Assembly (NCBI GenBank): GCA_964514225.1
Contig: CAZEPT010000002.1
Span: 1 to 32,169 of the forward strand
From: an uncultured Candidatus Saccharibacteria bacterium
GTDB taxonomy: Bacteria > Patescibacteriota > Minisyncoccia > Phycocordibacterales > UBA9973
Direction: 5' to 3'
Length of the DNA: 32,169 bases
How positions within the stretch are numbered: position 1 is the stretch's first letter; each line of letters opens with the position of its first letter. Position numbers and translations under genes: made by a program. Below the pieces are notes generated by a model. The model searched no databases. It worked only from the letters and a program-made list of their open reading frames with translations, and was not told the DNA's origin. This document shows, one piece after another, positions 23,791 through 32,169 of the stretch.

Positions 23791-25062
23791 TTAAACACCA
23801 CGTGTGTCTCGCTCGGAAGTCCAACTCGCCTCATAAGAGCGAATAGCATTCCAAATTGATTTAAGGAGCCAGAATGGAGCGATCAGTGAATAAATAAAGA
23901 AGAAGTAAAAGATATTCAGGTTAATCTTAGTCTTCCCGTACCGCATCCTCTGCCCTATAAAAAGCGACGTAAAGACCATAAGATAGACTGATATCGTCAT
24001 AAAGAAGATCGCTTGCGATGGAGCGTAAAAAAGGTCGAACTTTGGCCAAGCAAAAGAAAAGGTATCAACAAATCCAACAGCTTGGTAGTACATCACTTTG
24101 TTATACACAAACCGAACAATTTTATACGCTCCATATGTGAACAAGAAAAGTACTGAAAGAATAGAAATAATACCTGACGGAAGCGTAATAAAGCCAACAT
24201 TACCATAGCGTGCTTTAAACAAGAGATGCTTGTAGTCAAACGCATTTTTAATAAACCCATAGATCCAACGAACTCGTTGTTTATACAACCCGTGAACCTT
24301 ATGTGGTGCAATCGTGTACACATATGCGTCAGGTGCATGTTCAATACGCATTCCGTTTTGATGCATCCGAAGTGCTATTTCTTGATCCTCTGTATTGTGA
24401 GCATGTTTATAGGGACCTATCTCATCAAACACTTTTTTTCTAAATATAGAAAAAGGTCCTGGTGTTACATGGATTGCATTTAACATACCGAGCATTTTTT
24501 TAATGTAAATAGCGTAATCATACTCCACACTCTGAGCTTTTTGAAGCATTGTTTTAGGGTCCTTAATGAGAATGGTTGGAGCGACTGCCATAACTTCCGG
24601 TGTATCAAAATAGGTCATAATACGCTTTAATGCTTCAGGGTGCACCTCAGAGTCAGCATCCAGGCATCCAACAAATGGTGTATGTGAGTTGAGAAGTCCG
24701 AGATTATTGGCAGCAAACTTTCCTGAATTTTTCTGAGTAAACAGTTTTACATTCGGATAATCTTTATACTGAGACATAATCTCCCATGTATCGTCTGTTG
24801 ATCCATCATCGACAACGTTGATGAAAATCTTATCAGCTGGATAATCGAGTGCTAAAAGCGAATTAACTGTTTTCTCGATATTGATTGATTCATTGTAGGC
24901 TGGAACAGTAATAGTGACTGCTGGATATTCAGGAAGGGTTATTTTTTCTGTACGAACCAAAATATCTCTCTTCTTTTGAATAAAAACAACCAGCATAAAG
25001 ACCTGAACGTACAACGACACGAAGGTAAAAATATAGAAAAATACCTCATAGAGAGACTGCAT
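23791..25062 (-). CDS. processive family-2 glycosyltransferase (NodC/PgaC/IcaA/cellulose-synthase-like polysaccharide synthase)
   Basis: 423 aa. N-terminal TM, GT-A core with VDDGSTDDT and LDADSE, a TED motif (NTEDQEIALR), QRVRW (QxxRW) and C-terminal TM bundle. Confidence 0.8.
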   Translation of the reverse strand: MQSLYEVFFYIFTFVSLYVQVFMLVVFIQKKRDILVRTEKITLPEYPAVTITVPAYNESINIEKTVNSLLALDYPADKIFINVVDDGSTDDTWEIMSQYKDYPNVKLFTQKNSGKFAANNLGLLNSHTPFVGCLDADSEVHPEALKRIMTYFDTPEVMAVAPTILIKDPKTMLQKAQSVEYDYAIYIKKMLGMLNAIHVTPGPFSIFRKKVFDEIGPYKHAHNTEDQEIALRMHQNGMRIEHAPDAYVYTIAPHKVHGLYKQRVRWIYGFIKNAFDYKHLLFKARYGNVGFITLPSGIISILSVLFLFTYGAYKIVRFVYNKVMYYQAVGFVDTFSFAWPKFDLFYAPSQAIFFMTISVYLMVFTSLFIGQRMRYGKTKINLNIFYFFFIYSLIAPFWLLKSIWNAIRSYEASWTSERDTRGV

Positions 25063-25073
25063 ATATGTGCTTT

Positions 25074-25082
25074 ATTATAGCA
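25074..25082 (-). promoter_or_regulatory. Extended -10 promoter TGcTATAAT for the glycosyltransferase
   Basis: The minus strand reads TGCTATAAT-aaagcacatat-ATG(25062). Confidence 0.5.
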
Positions 25083-25147
25083 TAAAACCCCTTAAACAAC
25101 ACACGCCATACACAGGTAATCAATCCTTGTGCCTGTCCTCTTTTGGG

Positions 25148-25156
25148 TGGTATACT
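25148..25156 (+). promoter_or_regulatory. Extended -10 promoter TGgTATACT, 6 nt upstream of the ATG
   Basis: tggtatact at 25148-25156, spacer tactcc, ATG at 25163. Confidence 0.45.
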
Positions 25157-25162
25157 TACTCC

Positions 25163-25933
25163 ATGGAACACACAGAAAAAAAACAGACACCATCTACACC
25201 AGTTGATTTTACTAATAAAAAACCTGGCATGAATGTGGGAGTCGCTATTATTATCGCTGGAATTATCATTGCGGGAGCAGTCTACTTCTCAAAAAGCGGT
25301 GGAGCAAAAACAGCAGGTTCAAAAACAATTGTTCAAGAACTTGGAATCAAACCTGCAGAATTCAAAGCTTGTTTTGATGAAAAACGCTACGATGCAAAAG
25401 TAAAAGCTGACATAGCAAGTGCAGAACGCGCGACAGCTCACATCCCTATCGACCAAGGACGCGGAACTCCATACAGTATTGCGGTTGGTAAAAATGGTAC
25501 AAAGCTAGAGATTGCTGGAGCGTATCCGATTGAATCAGTAAAAAGTATGCTCGATGAAATGCTCGCTGGAACAGCAAAGAGCCAAGCAAATATCGCTATT
25601 GACCCAGTTACTGAGACAGATCACTACTTCGGTTCAAAGGACGCAGAAATTGTGATCATCGAATATTCTGATCTCGAATGTCCATACTGTGCACGATTCC
25701 ACACAACCATGCACCAAATTGTTGAAGACTACGGAGGTAAAGTTGCTTGGGTTTACAGACACCTTCCTCTTGAATCAATCCACCCAAATGCGTACAATAA
25801 AGCTCTTGCAGCAGAATGTATAGCTTCGCTCGGAAACAACGATAAGTACTGGAAATACATAGACGACATTTTTGAGAAAATGGCGCCAAAACCACCAGTT
25901 TTTGATCCTCTAACTGGAGAGACAGCAGAATAA
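25163..25933 (+). CDS. membrane-anchored DsbA-family thiol:disulfide oxidoreductase with apparently permuted segment order
   Basis: ORF 25067-25933 trimmed to MEHTEKK (ATG 25163). Has a TM segment, IIEYSDLECPYCARFH (CPYC at 25688-25699) and YRHLPLESIHPNAYNKALAAEC. The GTP cis-Pro-loop-like segment (25463-25471) lies upstream of the CxxC. Confidence 0.8.
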   Translation: MEHTEKKQTPSTPVDFTNKKPGMNVGVAIIIAGIIIAGAVYFSKSGGAKTAGSKTIVQELGIKPAEFKACFDEKRYDAKVKADIASAERATAHIPIDQGRGTPYSIAVGKNGTKLEIAGAYPIESVKSMLDEMLAGTAKSQANIAIDPVTETDHYFGSKDAEIVIIEYSDLECPYCARFHTTMHQIVEDYGGKVAWVYRHLPLESIHPNAYNKALAAECIASLGNNDKYWKYIDDIFEKMAPKPPVFDPLTGETAE

Positions 25934-25960
25934 ACAAGAGTACAAATTTCTAACTACAGA

Positions 25961-26013
25961 GGAAATACAACAAAAGCAGGTCGCCTGAGGCGACCTGCTT
26001 TTGTTGTATTTCC
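25961..26013. terminator. Bidirectional terminator (25-bp perfect palindrome)
   Basis: ggaaatacaacaaaagcaggtcgcc (25961-25985), loop tga, ggcgacctgcttttgttgtatttcc (25989-26013). Lies between the convergent dsbA-like gene and rpoD. Confidence 0.8.
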
Positions 26014-26020
26014 TATTTAC

Positions 26021-27361
26021 TTAATCAAAATAGTGACGCAATCGAGCGATCTTTTCGTTAGCTCGAAGTTTTTCATGAACCTTCGCTTCAATCTGACGAA
26101 TACGTTCCCGAGTGACATTGAATTCAACACCGACTTCTTCGAGTGTATGTTGAACTCCATCAACGAGCCCGTATCGCATCTCCAAAATCTTTCGTTCTTT
26201 CTCAGAGAGTTCACCGAGCGCTTCACGGATATGGTCTTGAAGTATTCGACGTGACGCCTCTTGATCAGGACGAAGGATCTTATCGTCAGCAATAAACTCA
26301 CCACGAGTTGATTTCTCATCATCATCACCAATTGGTTGTTCAAGTGAGAGTGTGTCTTGATTGATGTTTTCAATAATATGAATCTTCTCAACTTCGACTC
26401 CCATCTCAGTCGCTATTTCTTCAGGCAATGGATCACGTCCGAGATCTTGAGAGAGACGTCTGTAGACTTGTTTGTATTTTGAAATTGTCTCAACCATGTG
26501 GACGGGAATACGGATAGTTCGAGACTGATCAGCAAGCGCACGAGTAATAGACTGTCTGATCCACCAGGTTGCATACGTTGAAAACTTATACCCTTTTGTC
26601 CAGTCGAATTTCTCAACTGCTTTAAAGAGTCCAATGTTCCCTTCTTGAATCAAATCAAGGAGTGTGAGGTCAGCACTTCGCCCAACATATTTCTTAGCAA
26701 TAGAAACTACGAGACGGAGGTTTGCACGAGCGAGAAGTGTCCGTGCTTCGGTGTCGCCTGCTTCAATTCTTTTAGCAAGCTCGCGTTCTTCACTCGCATG
26801 AATGAGTGAATATTGTCCAATTTCCTTAAGATACATTTGAATCGAATCATACCCCGAAACATCCTTGCCGAGTTTAAAATCTTTTTTCTCAGTCGGCTCA
26901 AGATCGAGAAGGTTTCCTCCTTCTAAAATATCAATACCCGCTTGCTGGAGTTTCTCGTAGAGTTCCTCCAAAAATGCAATATCATTTTCAATATTAGGGA
27001 ATGTCTTAACAATCTCATCATATGTAATAAAATGTCTTTTCTTTCCTTTGTCCAAAAGCATTTCGGTTTTTTTGACCTGATCTTCAGCAGTTTTACCGTC
27101 TTTTTTGTGAATAACTACCTTAGGAGTTACCTTCTTCGGAGATACTTTCTTAACGACTTTTTTAGATCCTCCATTTTTTACGGGAGCCTTTTTTACAACA
27201 GCTTTTTTGACGACATTTTTTTTCTTTGATACGCTTTTCTTTGCTTGAGGTACGGCTTTTTTAACCTGTTTTTTGACAGGCTTTGGAGCTGTTTTCTTAA
27301 CAACTTTTTTTACTATTTTCTGTGTTGGTTTTTTAAGCACTTTTTTCGTTGTTTTTTTCAT
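26021..27361 (-). CDS. rpoD: primary RNA polymerase sigma-70 factor with a lysine-rich N-terminal extension
   Basis: Regions 2-4 are recognisable ([65 protein letters not shown]). The N-terminal 90 aa are KK-repeat rich. Confidence 0.92.
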   Translation of the reverse strand: MKKTTKKVLKKPTQKIVKKVVKKTAPKPVKKQVKKAVPQAKKSVSKKKNVVKKAVVKKAPVKNGGSKKVVKKVSPKKVTPKVVIHKKDGKTAEDQVKKTEMLLDKGKKRHFITYDEIVKTFPNIENDIAFLEELYEKLQQAGIDILEGGNLLDLEPTEKKDFKLGKDVSGYDSIQMYLKEIGQYSLIHASEERELAKRIEAGDTEARTLLARANLRLVVSIAKKYVGRSADLTLLDLIQEGNIGLFKAVEKFDWTKGYKFSTYATWWIRQSITRALADQSRTIRIPVHMVETISKYKQVYRRLSQDLGRDPLPEEIATEMGVEVEKIHIIENINQDTLSLEQPIGDDDEKSTRGEFIADDKILRPDQEASRRILQDHIREALGELSEKERKILEMRYGLVDGVQHTLEEVGVEFNVTRERIRQIEAKVHEKLRANEKIARLRHYFD

Positions 27362-27362
27362 A

Positions 27363-29066
27363 TTATTTTTTTTGCATTTTTTGAGTGATTGTTGCGACCT
27401 CTCTTATTTTTTCTTGCGTATCAAGTCCTAATAATTCATCTTGGTTCATCTCATTCCTGAGGCGTCCCAGCTCTTGTTTATAATACTCTCCCTCATACAT
27501 CGTGTACATAAAGAGTGCATCTTTGAGGAGTGTCTCACTGTTTGAAAAAGTTTTCTCTATCATAAACAGCAGTTGTTCTTTTTTGACTTCGTGAATCTCT
27601 CTTATTTCAAGATACTTCTCTCCTAAAATCGATCTCATCTTTTCATCGTAGAGTTCATACTCTTTTTGATATCCATGAGATTCAAAGTAGAAGACCAGTC
27701 CGAACATTTTTTCAAGAGAGCTTTCACCTTGAGCAACGCTTAACTCTTTTGTTCCGTCACCTAACTTAGGGTCTTTTTTCTGGAAGAGTCTAAAGTCATC
27801 AAACAGCGCTCGTTCGTCAATAGAGAGAAGCGACGATATCTGAGTAACATAGTGGGCCTGTTCGATTGGACTTTTAATGGCAACCAAGAGTGGCCAGATT
27901 TTCTCAGAGATTCCCTTGCGAAGGATATGAGATGACGTATGATTTTTAAGATAATTCGTAAAGAACAAAATCGCATCTTGTTTTTTATCGATAAGCTCTC
28001 GAAGTCCTTTCGGGTCAGTTCGCGCAATATCAGCAAAATCTTTTTGCCCCACAATTGAGATACAGTACACGAAGAATCCAAGAGAAAGTGCGGCCCCAGT
28101 TGCCCGATACATCGCTTTGAGCCCAGCACCATCATTATCAAACGCAAGCGAGATACTGTCCGTCATGCGCTTAATGATGCCTAGGTGGGATGACCCACCG
28201 ACTTTAGCAGTGTCAGCACCAGAGAATGCAGTACCTGAACTTGCAACCACAAAATGGATTCCTGATTGATGAGTCATAACGACATCCATCTGACCTTCGA
28301 CGACAATAGCTTTTTTAGAAGCCCTGATAGCGTCTTTCGCTTGATAGAGTCCATAGAATATTTCGCTCTTATTGAAGAGCGGACTCTCTGGTGAGTTGAT
28401 GTACTTTGCTTCTTTTGATTCCGGATCAATAATTCTCCCTGAAAATCCGATGACGCGCCCGTTTGTATCCATAAAAGGAAACATGATTCGGTTACGAAAA
28501 CGATCATAGAATCCATAATCCCCTTTTTTAATGAGCCCGGCTTCTTCGATGAGTGTTTCAGGAAATCCTTTTGATGTTAAGTGTGTGTAGAGTGACTTCC
28601 AATCTGCTGGAGCAAATCCGATTCGAAATGTATTAATCGTTTTTTGTGTCAGTCCACGAGTGGTGAGATATTCAGAAGCAGTCTTATTTTTTGATAAAGC
28701 TTCATGAAAGAAGAGTGATGCTTGTTCTAACACAGCGTAGAGATCTTTTTTCCCTTCTACTACTCCGCCACCCATGTCATAGTCTTTGAGATTGACATGG
28801 GCTTTCTCAGCGAGCGCAACAAGTGCATGTTTGAAATCAAGTCCTTCATACTCTTCCATGAAAGAAAATATATCTCCTTTCTTTCCGCATCCGAAGCAGT
28901 AATAGGTATTTCGGTCAGTAGATATGTAAAACGAAGCGGTCTTTTCTTTGTGGAAAGGACACCTAGCTCGATAATTTTTACCAGCTCTTTCAACAGGAAT
29001 ATATTGTTCAATAAATTCAAGTATAGGAAGCCGTGATTTAATTTCTAAAGCAGCTCCGGATTTCAT
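27363..29066 (-). CDS. dnaG: DNA primase
   Basis: Zn finger [30 protein letters not shown] and TOPRIM region ([15 protein letters not shown]). Its stop is 1 nt from the rpoD start. Confidence 0.92.
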   Translation of the reverse strand: MKSGAALEIKSRLPILEFIEQYIPVERAGKNYRARCPFHKEKTASFYISTDRNTYYCFGCGKKGDIFSFMEEYEGLDFKHALVALAEKAHVNLKDYDMGGGVVEGKKDLYAVLEQASLFFHEALSKNKTASEYLTTRGLTQKTINTFRIGFAPADWKSLYTHLTSKGFPETLIEEAGLIKKGDYGFYDRFRNRIMFPFMDTNGRVIGFSGRIIDPESKEAKYINSPESPLFNKSEIFYGLYQAKDAIRASKKAIVVEGQMDVVMTHQSGIHFVVASSGTAFSGADTAKVGGSSHLGIIKRMTDSISLAFDNDGAGLKAMYRATGAALSLGFFVYCISIVGQKDFADIARTDPKGLRELIDKKQDAILFFTNYLKNHTSSHILRKGISEKIWPLLVAIKSPIEQAHYVTQISSLLSIDERALFDDFRLFQKKDPKLGDGTKELSVAQGESSLEKMFGLVFYFESHGYQKEYELYDEKMRSILGEKYLEIREIHEVKKEQLLFMIEKTFSNSETLLKDALFMYTMYEGEYYKQELGRLRNEMNQDELLGLDTQEKIREVATITQKMQKK

Positions 29067-29082
29067 AATAGTACTCTTCTTT

Positions 29083-32000
29083 TTACGCTCCTTTTTCGGA
29101 GTCGGCAGCTTTTCGAAAGCCCGTTCCTGCAGGAATCAAGCCTCCGATAATAACATTTTCTTTAAGTCCTCGAAGTCGATCAACTCCTCCTCGAACGGCA
29201 TTGTTGATGAGTACACGGTTTGTGTTTTGGAATGATGCAGCAGAGAGCCAACTTGTAGTCGTCAGTGATACATCTGAGATTCCCAAAATGATCGTATCTG
29301 CCTTTGCAGGAAGACCGCCTTCTTCTTCAGCTCGAGTGTTTTCTTCATTGAGTTCAATAAGCTCGACGGTTTCACCTCCTGAGAAGTGTGTATCGCCTGA
29401 TGCTTTGATCTTCACACGAGAGAACATTTGCCTAATGATGATCTCGATGTGTTTTCGAGAAATAGATGCTCCTTGGAGTTCGTACACTTTGTTAATTTCA
29501 TCAATAATATATTCTTCAGCAACTTGCTTGCCTCCAAACTTGAAGATCTCTGAAATATCAGCTGATCCATCAGTAAGCTTTTGGCCTGAAATAACATCTT
29601 CTCCAACTTTGACGAGCGGGTTTCGACGGAATGCAACTTTGTATTCAGTCGTATTACTCTTAAGTCCTCCTTTGCTATCTTCTAGGATAACGATTGTCTT
29701 TTCTTTTTCATGTTTGATGATTTCGATCACCTTACCAGCACCATGACAGATAACTGCAGGATTCTTCGGAAGACGTCGTTCGAAAATTTCTTCAACACGA
29801 GGGAGACCAGCAGTAATATCAACTGCCACAACTCCTCCGGCGTGGAATGTTCGAAGTGTCAACTGTGTACCTGGCTCACCAATAGCTTGTGCAGCGACGA
29901 TACCAACAGCTTCACCGATATCAACGAGTCTGTTTCGCCCAAGATCAAGACCGTAGCACATCTGACAAACTCCGTGGAGTGTCTTACATGCAAGCGGACT
30001 GCGGACAAGCACTTTCTCAATACCGAGCTTTTCAACATGCGCCGCATCTTCTCGGTTAAGAAGTGTTCCTTTTTTGTAGATGACAGTACCAGCACTATCT
30101 TTAACATCTTCGAGTACAATACGTCCTCGGAGGTTCTTAGAGAGAGGAATTTCAATTCCCATAACGTTATCTTTTTGAGCGTAGCGTCCTTCTTTTGTTT
30201 TACAATCGTGGTCAGTAACGACAACATCTTGCGCAACGTCAACGAGACGTCGTGTAAGGTATCCAGCTTTAGCAGTGTTGAGCGCAGTATCAGCGAGACC
30301 TTTACGAGAACCGTGAGTGATAATGAAGTATTCAATCGGAGAAAGTCCTTCTTTGTATGATGGAATAACTGGGAAGTCGATTGTTCGTCCTTGTGTATTG
30401 ATGATGAGACCTTTCATACCAGCCATCTGTGAGATTTGTCCAACAGATCCTCGGGCACCAGAGATGACCATGTCATAGACTGACCCGGCAGTGTTGAGTG
30501 TTGCAGGAATAAGTTTTTCAACTTCTTTCTTAGCAAGTTCCCAGATTTCAATTACTTTTTGGTATTTCTCATCTTTCGAGAGAAGACCATCGTTGTATTG
30601 TTCGATAATAACTGCTTCTTTCTTTCGAGATTCTGCGACGATCGCTTTTTTCCCTTCAGGAACTTTGACGTTGTCATATCCGAATGTTGTTCCAGAGACA
30701 GTAGAGTACTTGAATCCGAAATCTTTGATTTTATCTAGAATTTTTGGTGTTGCATCAATACCAACATCTGTGATGACTTCGTCAACGAGACTCGACATAA
30801 CTTTCTTCGTTATTTCTTTCCCCGTATAGGCAAAATCTCTTGGGAGGATTGAGTTGAAGAGGAGTTTTCCAACAGTTGTTTCAAAGAGTCCTCCTTCAAA
30901 TTGTGCGTATTTTGGTGAATCAGTTGGAAGCACTTTAATTTTTGCTCGGAAACCAAGGATACCGTGTTCGTAGGCCGCAATCGCTTCATTTGGGCTGGAG
31001 AAAATACTTCCCTCTCCTTTTTCACCTTCAACGTCTTTCGTCATCCAATAACATCCTAAGATAATATCGTTTGATGGGTTGACAATCGGTTCTCCAGACT
31101 GAGGTTTAAGGAGGTTTTTGTTTGATGCCATGAGATCTCGTGCTTCAGCTTGTGCTTGAACAGAGAGTGGTAAGTAGACTGCCATTTGGTCTCCATCGAA
31201 GTCAGCGTTGAAAGCCGCACACACGAGTGGGTGGAGTTGAATCGCATTTCCTTCGATCAAAATTGGGTGAAATGCCTGAATACCAAGACGGTGAAGTGTT
31301 GGCGCACGGTTAAGGAGAACATATTTTCCTTCAATACATTCTTCAAGGATTGCCCAGACTTCAGGAATACCATCTTCGACGAGCTTGTTCGCCCCACGAA
31401 TATTGTAGGTAAATTCTCGTTCGATTAATTTTGAAACAACGAACGGCTTGAAAAGTTCAAGCGCCATATGCTTTGGAAGTCCACACTGATCAAGGTGAAG
31501 GTTTGGACCGACAACGATCACAGAACGCGCAGAGTAGTCCACACGCTTCCCAAGGAGGTTTTGTCGGAAGAGACCTTGTTTTGATTTAAGGTTATCAGCG
31601 AGAGACTTAAGTGCTCGTTTTTGAGATTGGCTCATTGCTTGAGTGTCATTTTGACTTGCAATCGAGTTATCCAAGAGTGCATCAACAGCTTCTTGAAGAA
31701 TACGCTTTTCGTTTCTCAAAATAACATCAGGTGCGCCGATTTCTTTCAATTTCTTGAGACGGTTGTTTCTGTTGATCACACGACGGTAGAGGTCGTTGAT
31801 ATCAGAAGTTGCATGTCGTCCACCATCGAGCGCAACCATCGGTCGGAGCGCTGGAGGAATAACAGGAAGCACTGTCAAAAACATCCATTCCGGCCGCATA
31901 TCAGCGTGGATCATTGAGCGGATAAGAGCGAGCCTCTTTTCCAGTTTTTCTCTTTCTGAGTTCCCTGCCTTGTCGACAAGTACTTGAGTAATATCACGGA

Positions 32001-32169
32001 GTTTATGAAGATCGATATTTTTGAAGAGTGTATAGATTGCTTCAGCACCGATAGATGCTTCGAAACAGGTCCCATACTTAAGACTATAGTGATGATACTG
32101 AATTTCATTCAAAACCTTACCTTCATACATTTCAGCAATTTCTTTTTTTGCAGTCAAAAAGAGGTCTTT
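29083..32169 (-). CDS. rpoC: DNA-directed RNA polymerase beta' subunit (C-terminal ~1028 aa; the N-terminus is outside the window)
   Basis: Catalytic NADFDGDQMAV, the bridge-helix/trigger-loop region and C-terminal GLIPAGTG. The track's M at 32157 is a TTG. The frame stays open to 32169 (KDLFLTAKKE...). Confidence 0.93.
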   Translation of the reverse strand, partial: KDLFLTAKKEIAEMYEGKVLNEIQYHHYSLKYGTCFEASIGAEAIYTLFKNIDLHKLRDITQVLVDKAGNSEREKLEKRLALIRSMIHADMRPEWMFLTVLPVIPPALRPMVALDGGRHATSDINDLYRRVINRNNRLKKLKEIGAPDVILRNEKRILQEAVDALLDNSIASQNDTQAMSQSQKRALKSLADNLKSKQGLFRQNLLGKRVDYSARSVIVVGPNLHLDQCGLPKHMALELFKPFVVSKLIEREFTYNIRGANKLVEDGIPEVWAILEECIEGKYVLLNRAPTLHRLGIQAFHPILIEGNAIQLHPLVCAAFNADFDGDQMAVYLPLSVQAQAEARDLMASNKNLLKPQSGEPIVNPSNDIILGCYWMTKDVEGEKGEGSIFSSPNEAIAAYEHGILGFRAKIKVLPTDSPKYAQFEGGLFETTVGKLLFNSILPRDFAYTGKEITKKVMSSLVDEVITDVGIDATPKILDKIKDFGFKYSTVSGTTFGYDNVKVPEGKKAIVAESRKKEAVIIEQYNDGLLSKDEKYQKVIEIWELAKKEVEKLIPATLNTAGSVYDMVISGARGSVGQISQMAGMKGLIINTQGRTIDFPVIPSYKEGLSPIEYFIITHGSRKGLADTALNTAKAGYLTRRLVDVAQDVVVTDHDCKTKEGRYAQKDNVMGIEIPLSKNLRGRIVLEDVKDSAGTVIYKKGTLLNREDAAHVEKLGIEKVLVRSPLACKTLHGVCQMCYGLDLGRNRLVDIGEAVGIVAAQAIGEPGTQLTLRTFHAGGVVAVDITAGLPRVEEIFERRLPKNPAVICHGAGKVIEIIKHEKEKTIVILEDSKGGLKSNTTEYKVAFRRNPLVKVGEDVISGQKLTDGSADISEIFKFGGKQVAEEYIIDEINKVYELQGASISRKHIEIIIRQMFSRVKIKASGDTHFSGGETVELIELNEENTRAEEEGGLPAKADTIILGISDVSLTTTSWLSAASFQNTNRVLINNAVRGGVDRLRGLKENVIIGGLIPAGTGFRKAADSEKGA

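Noticed and set aside
25067-25162. 32-aa extension of the DsbA-like ORF
   Set aside because: It would start 5 nt from the divergent GT2 start and cover both promoters. An extended -10 box sits 6 nt before ATG 25163.
27092-27361. T-run/A-run-rich, repetitive-looking DNA that could be mistaken for a tandem repeat or CRISPR-like array
   Set aside because: It is the coding sequence of the KK-repeat tail of RpoD (AAA/AAG codons on the minus strand). It has no regular repeat-spacer periodicity.
1-32169. Alternative genetic code (UGA or UAG recoding, as in some CPR lineages)
   Set aside because: All conserved genes (uvrA, uvrB, rpoC, dnaG, proS, tgt) are full-length uninterrupted ORFs under the standard bacterial code.

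Overview
AT-rich, very gene-dense bacterial chromosomal segment that reads cleanly in the standard code. I count 29 protein genes (two truncated by the window edges) and one tRNA. I found no rRNA, CRISPR array, transposase or integrase. Most of the window is core housekeeping. It holds all three nucleotide-excision-repair genes (uvrC, uvrA, uvrB) on one strand within about 9 kb, prs, a tightly packed proS-mreB-mreC-tgt-DUF1653 operon, rpsB-tsf, tRNA-Thr(UGU), and rpoC(partial)-dnaG-rpoD. Several proteins are shortened (UvrC without the C-terminal HhH2 domain, ProRS without the INS editing domain). Intergenic regions are tiny, and TGnTATAAT-type extended -10 boxes often sit only 6-11 nt from the ATG. 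Together this suggests a reduced-genome uncultured lineage (Patescibacteria/CPR-like), which is inference only. The accessory content is: (1) at 1-5246, a carotenoid island of tspO, an archaeal-type GGPP synthase, phytoene synthase, phytoene desaturase, a UbiA-family prenyltransferase (possible lycopene-elongase-type step) and an unknown 5-TM protein; (2) at 22964-25933, a processive family-2 glycosyltransferase flanked by two membrane-anchored CxxC proteins, one of which looks like a circularly permuted DsbA; (3) a self-contained two-gene cassette of paralogous small proteins (14439-15179); (4) two tandem, weakly paralogous small membrane proteins (6529-7483); (5) a sigma-70 whose N-terminus is a 90-residue, 40% lysine tail. 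All family calls rest on motifs read by eye. No database search was run.
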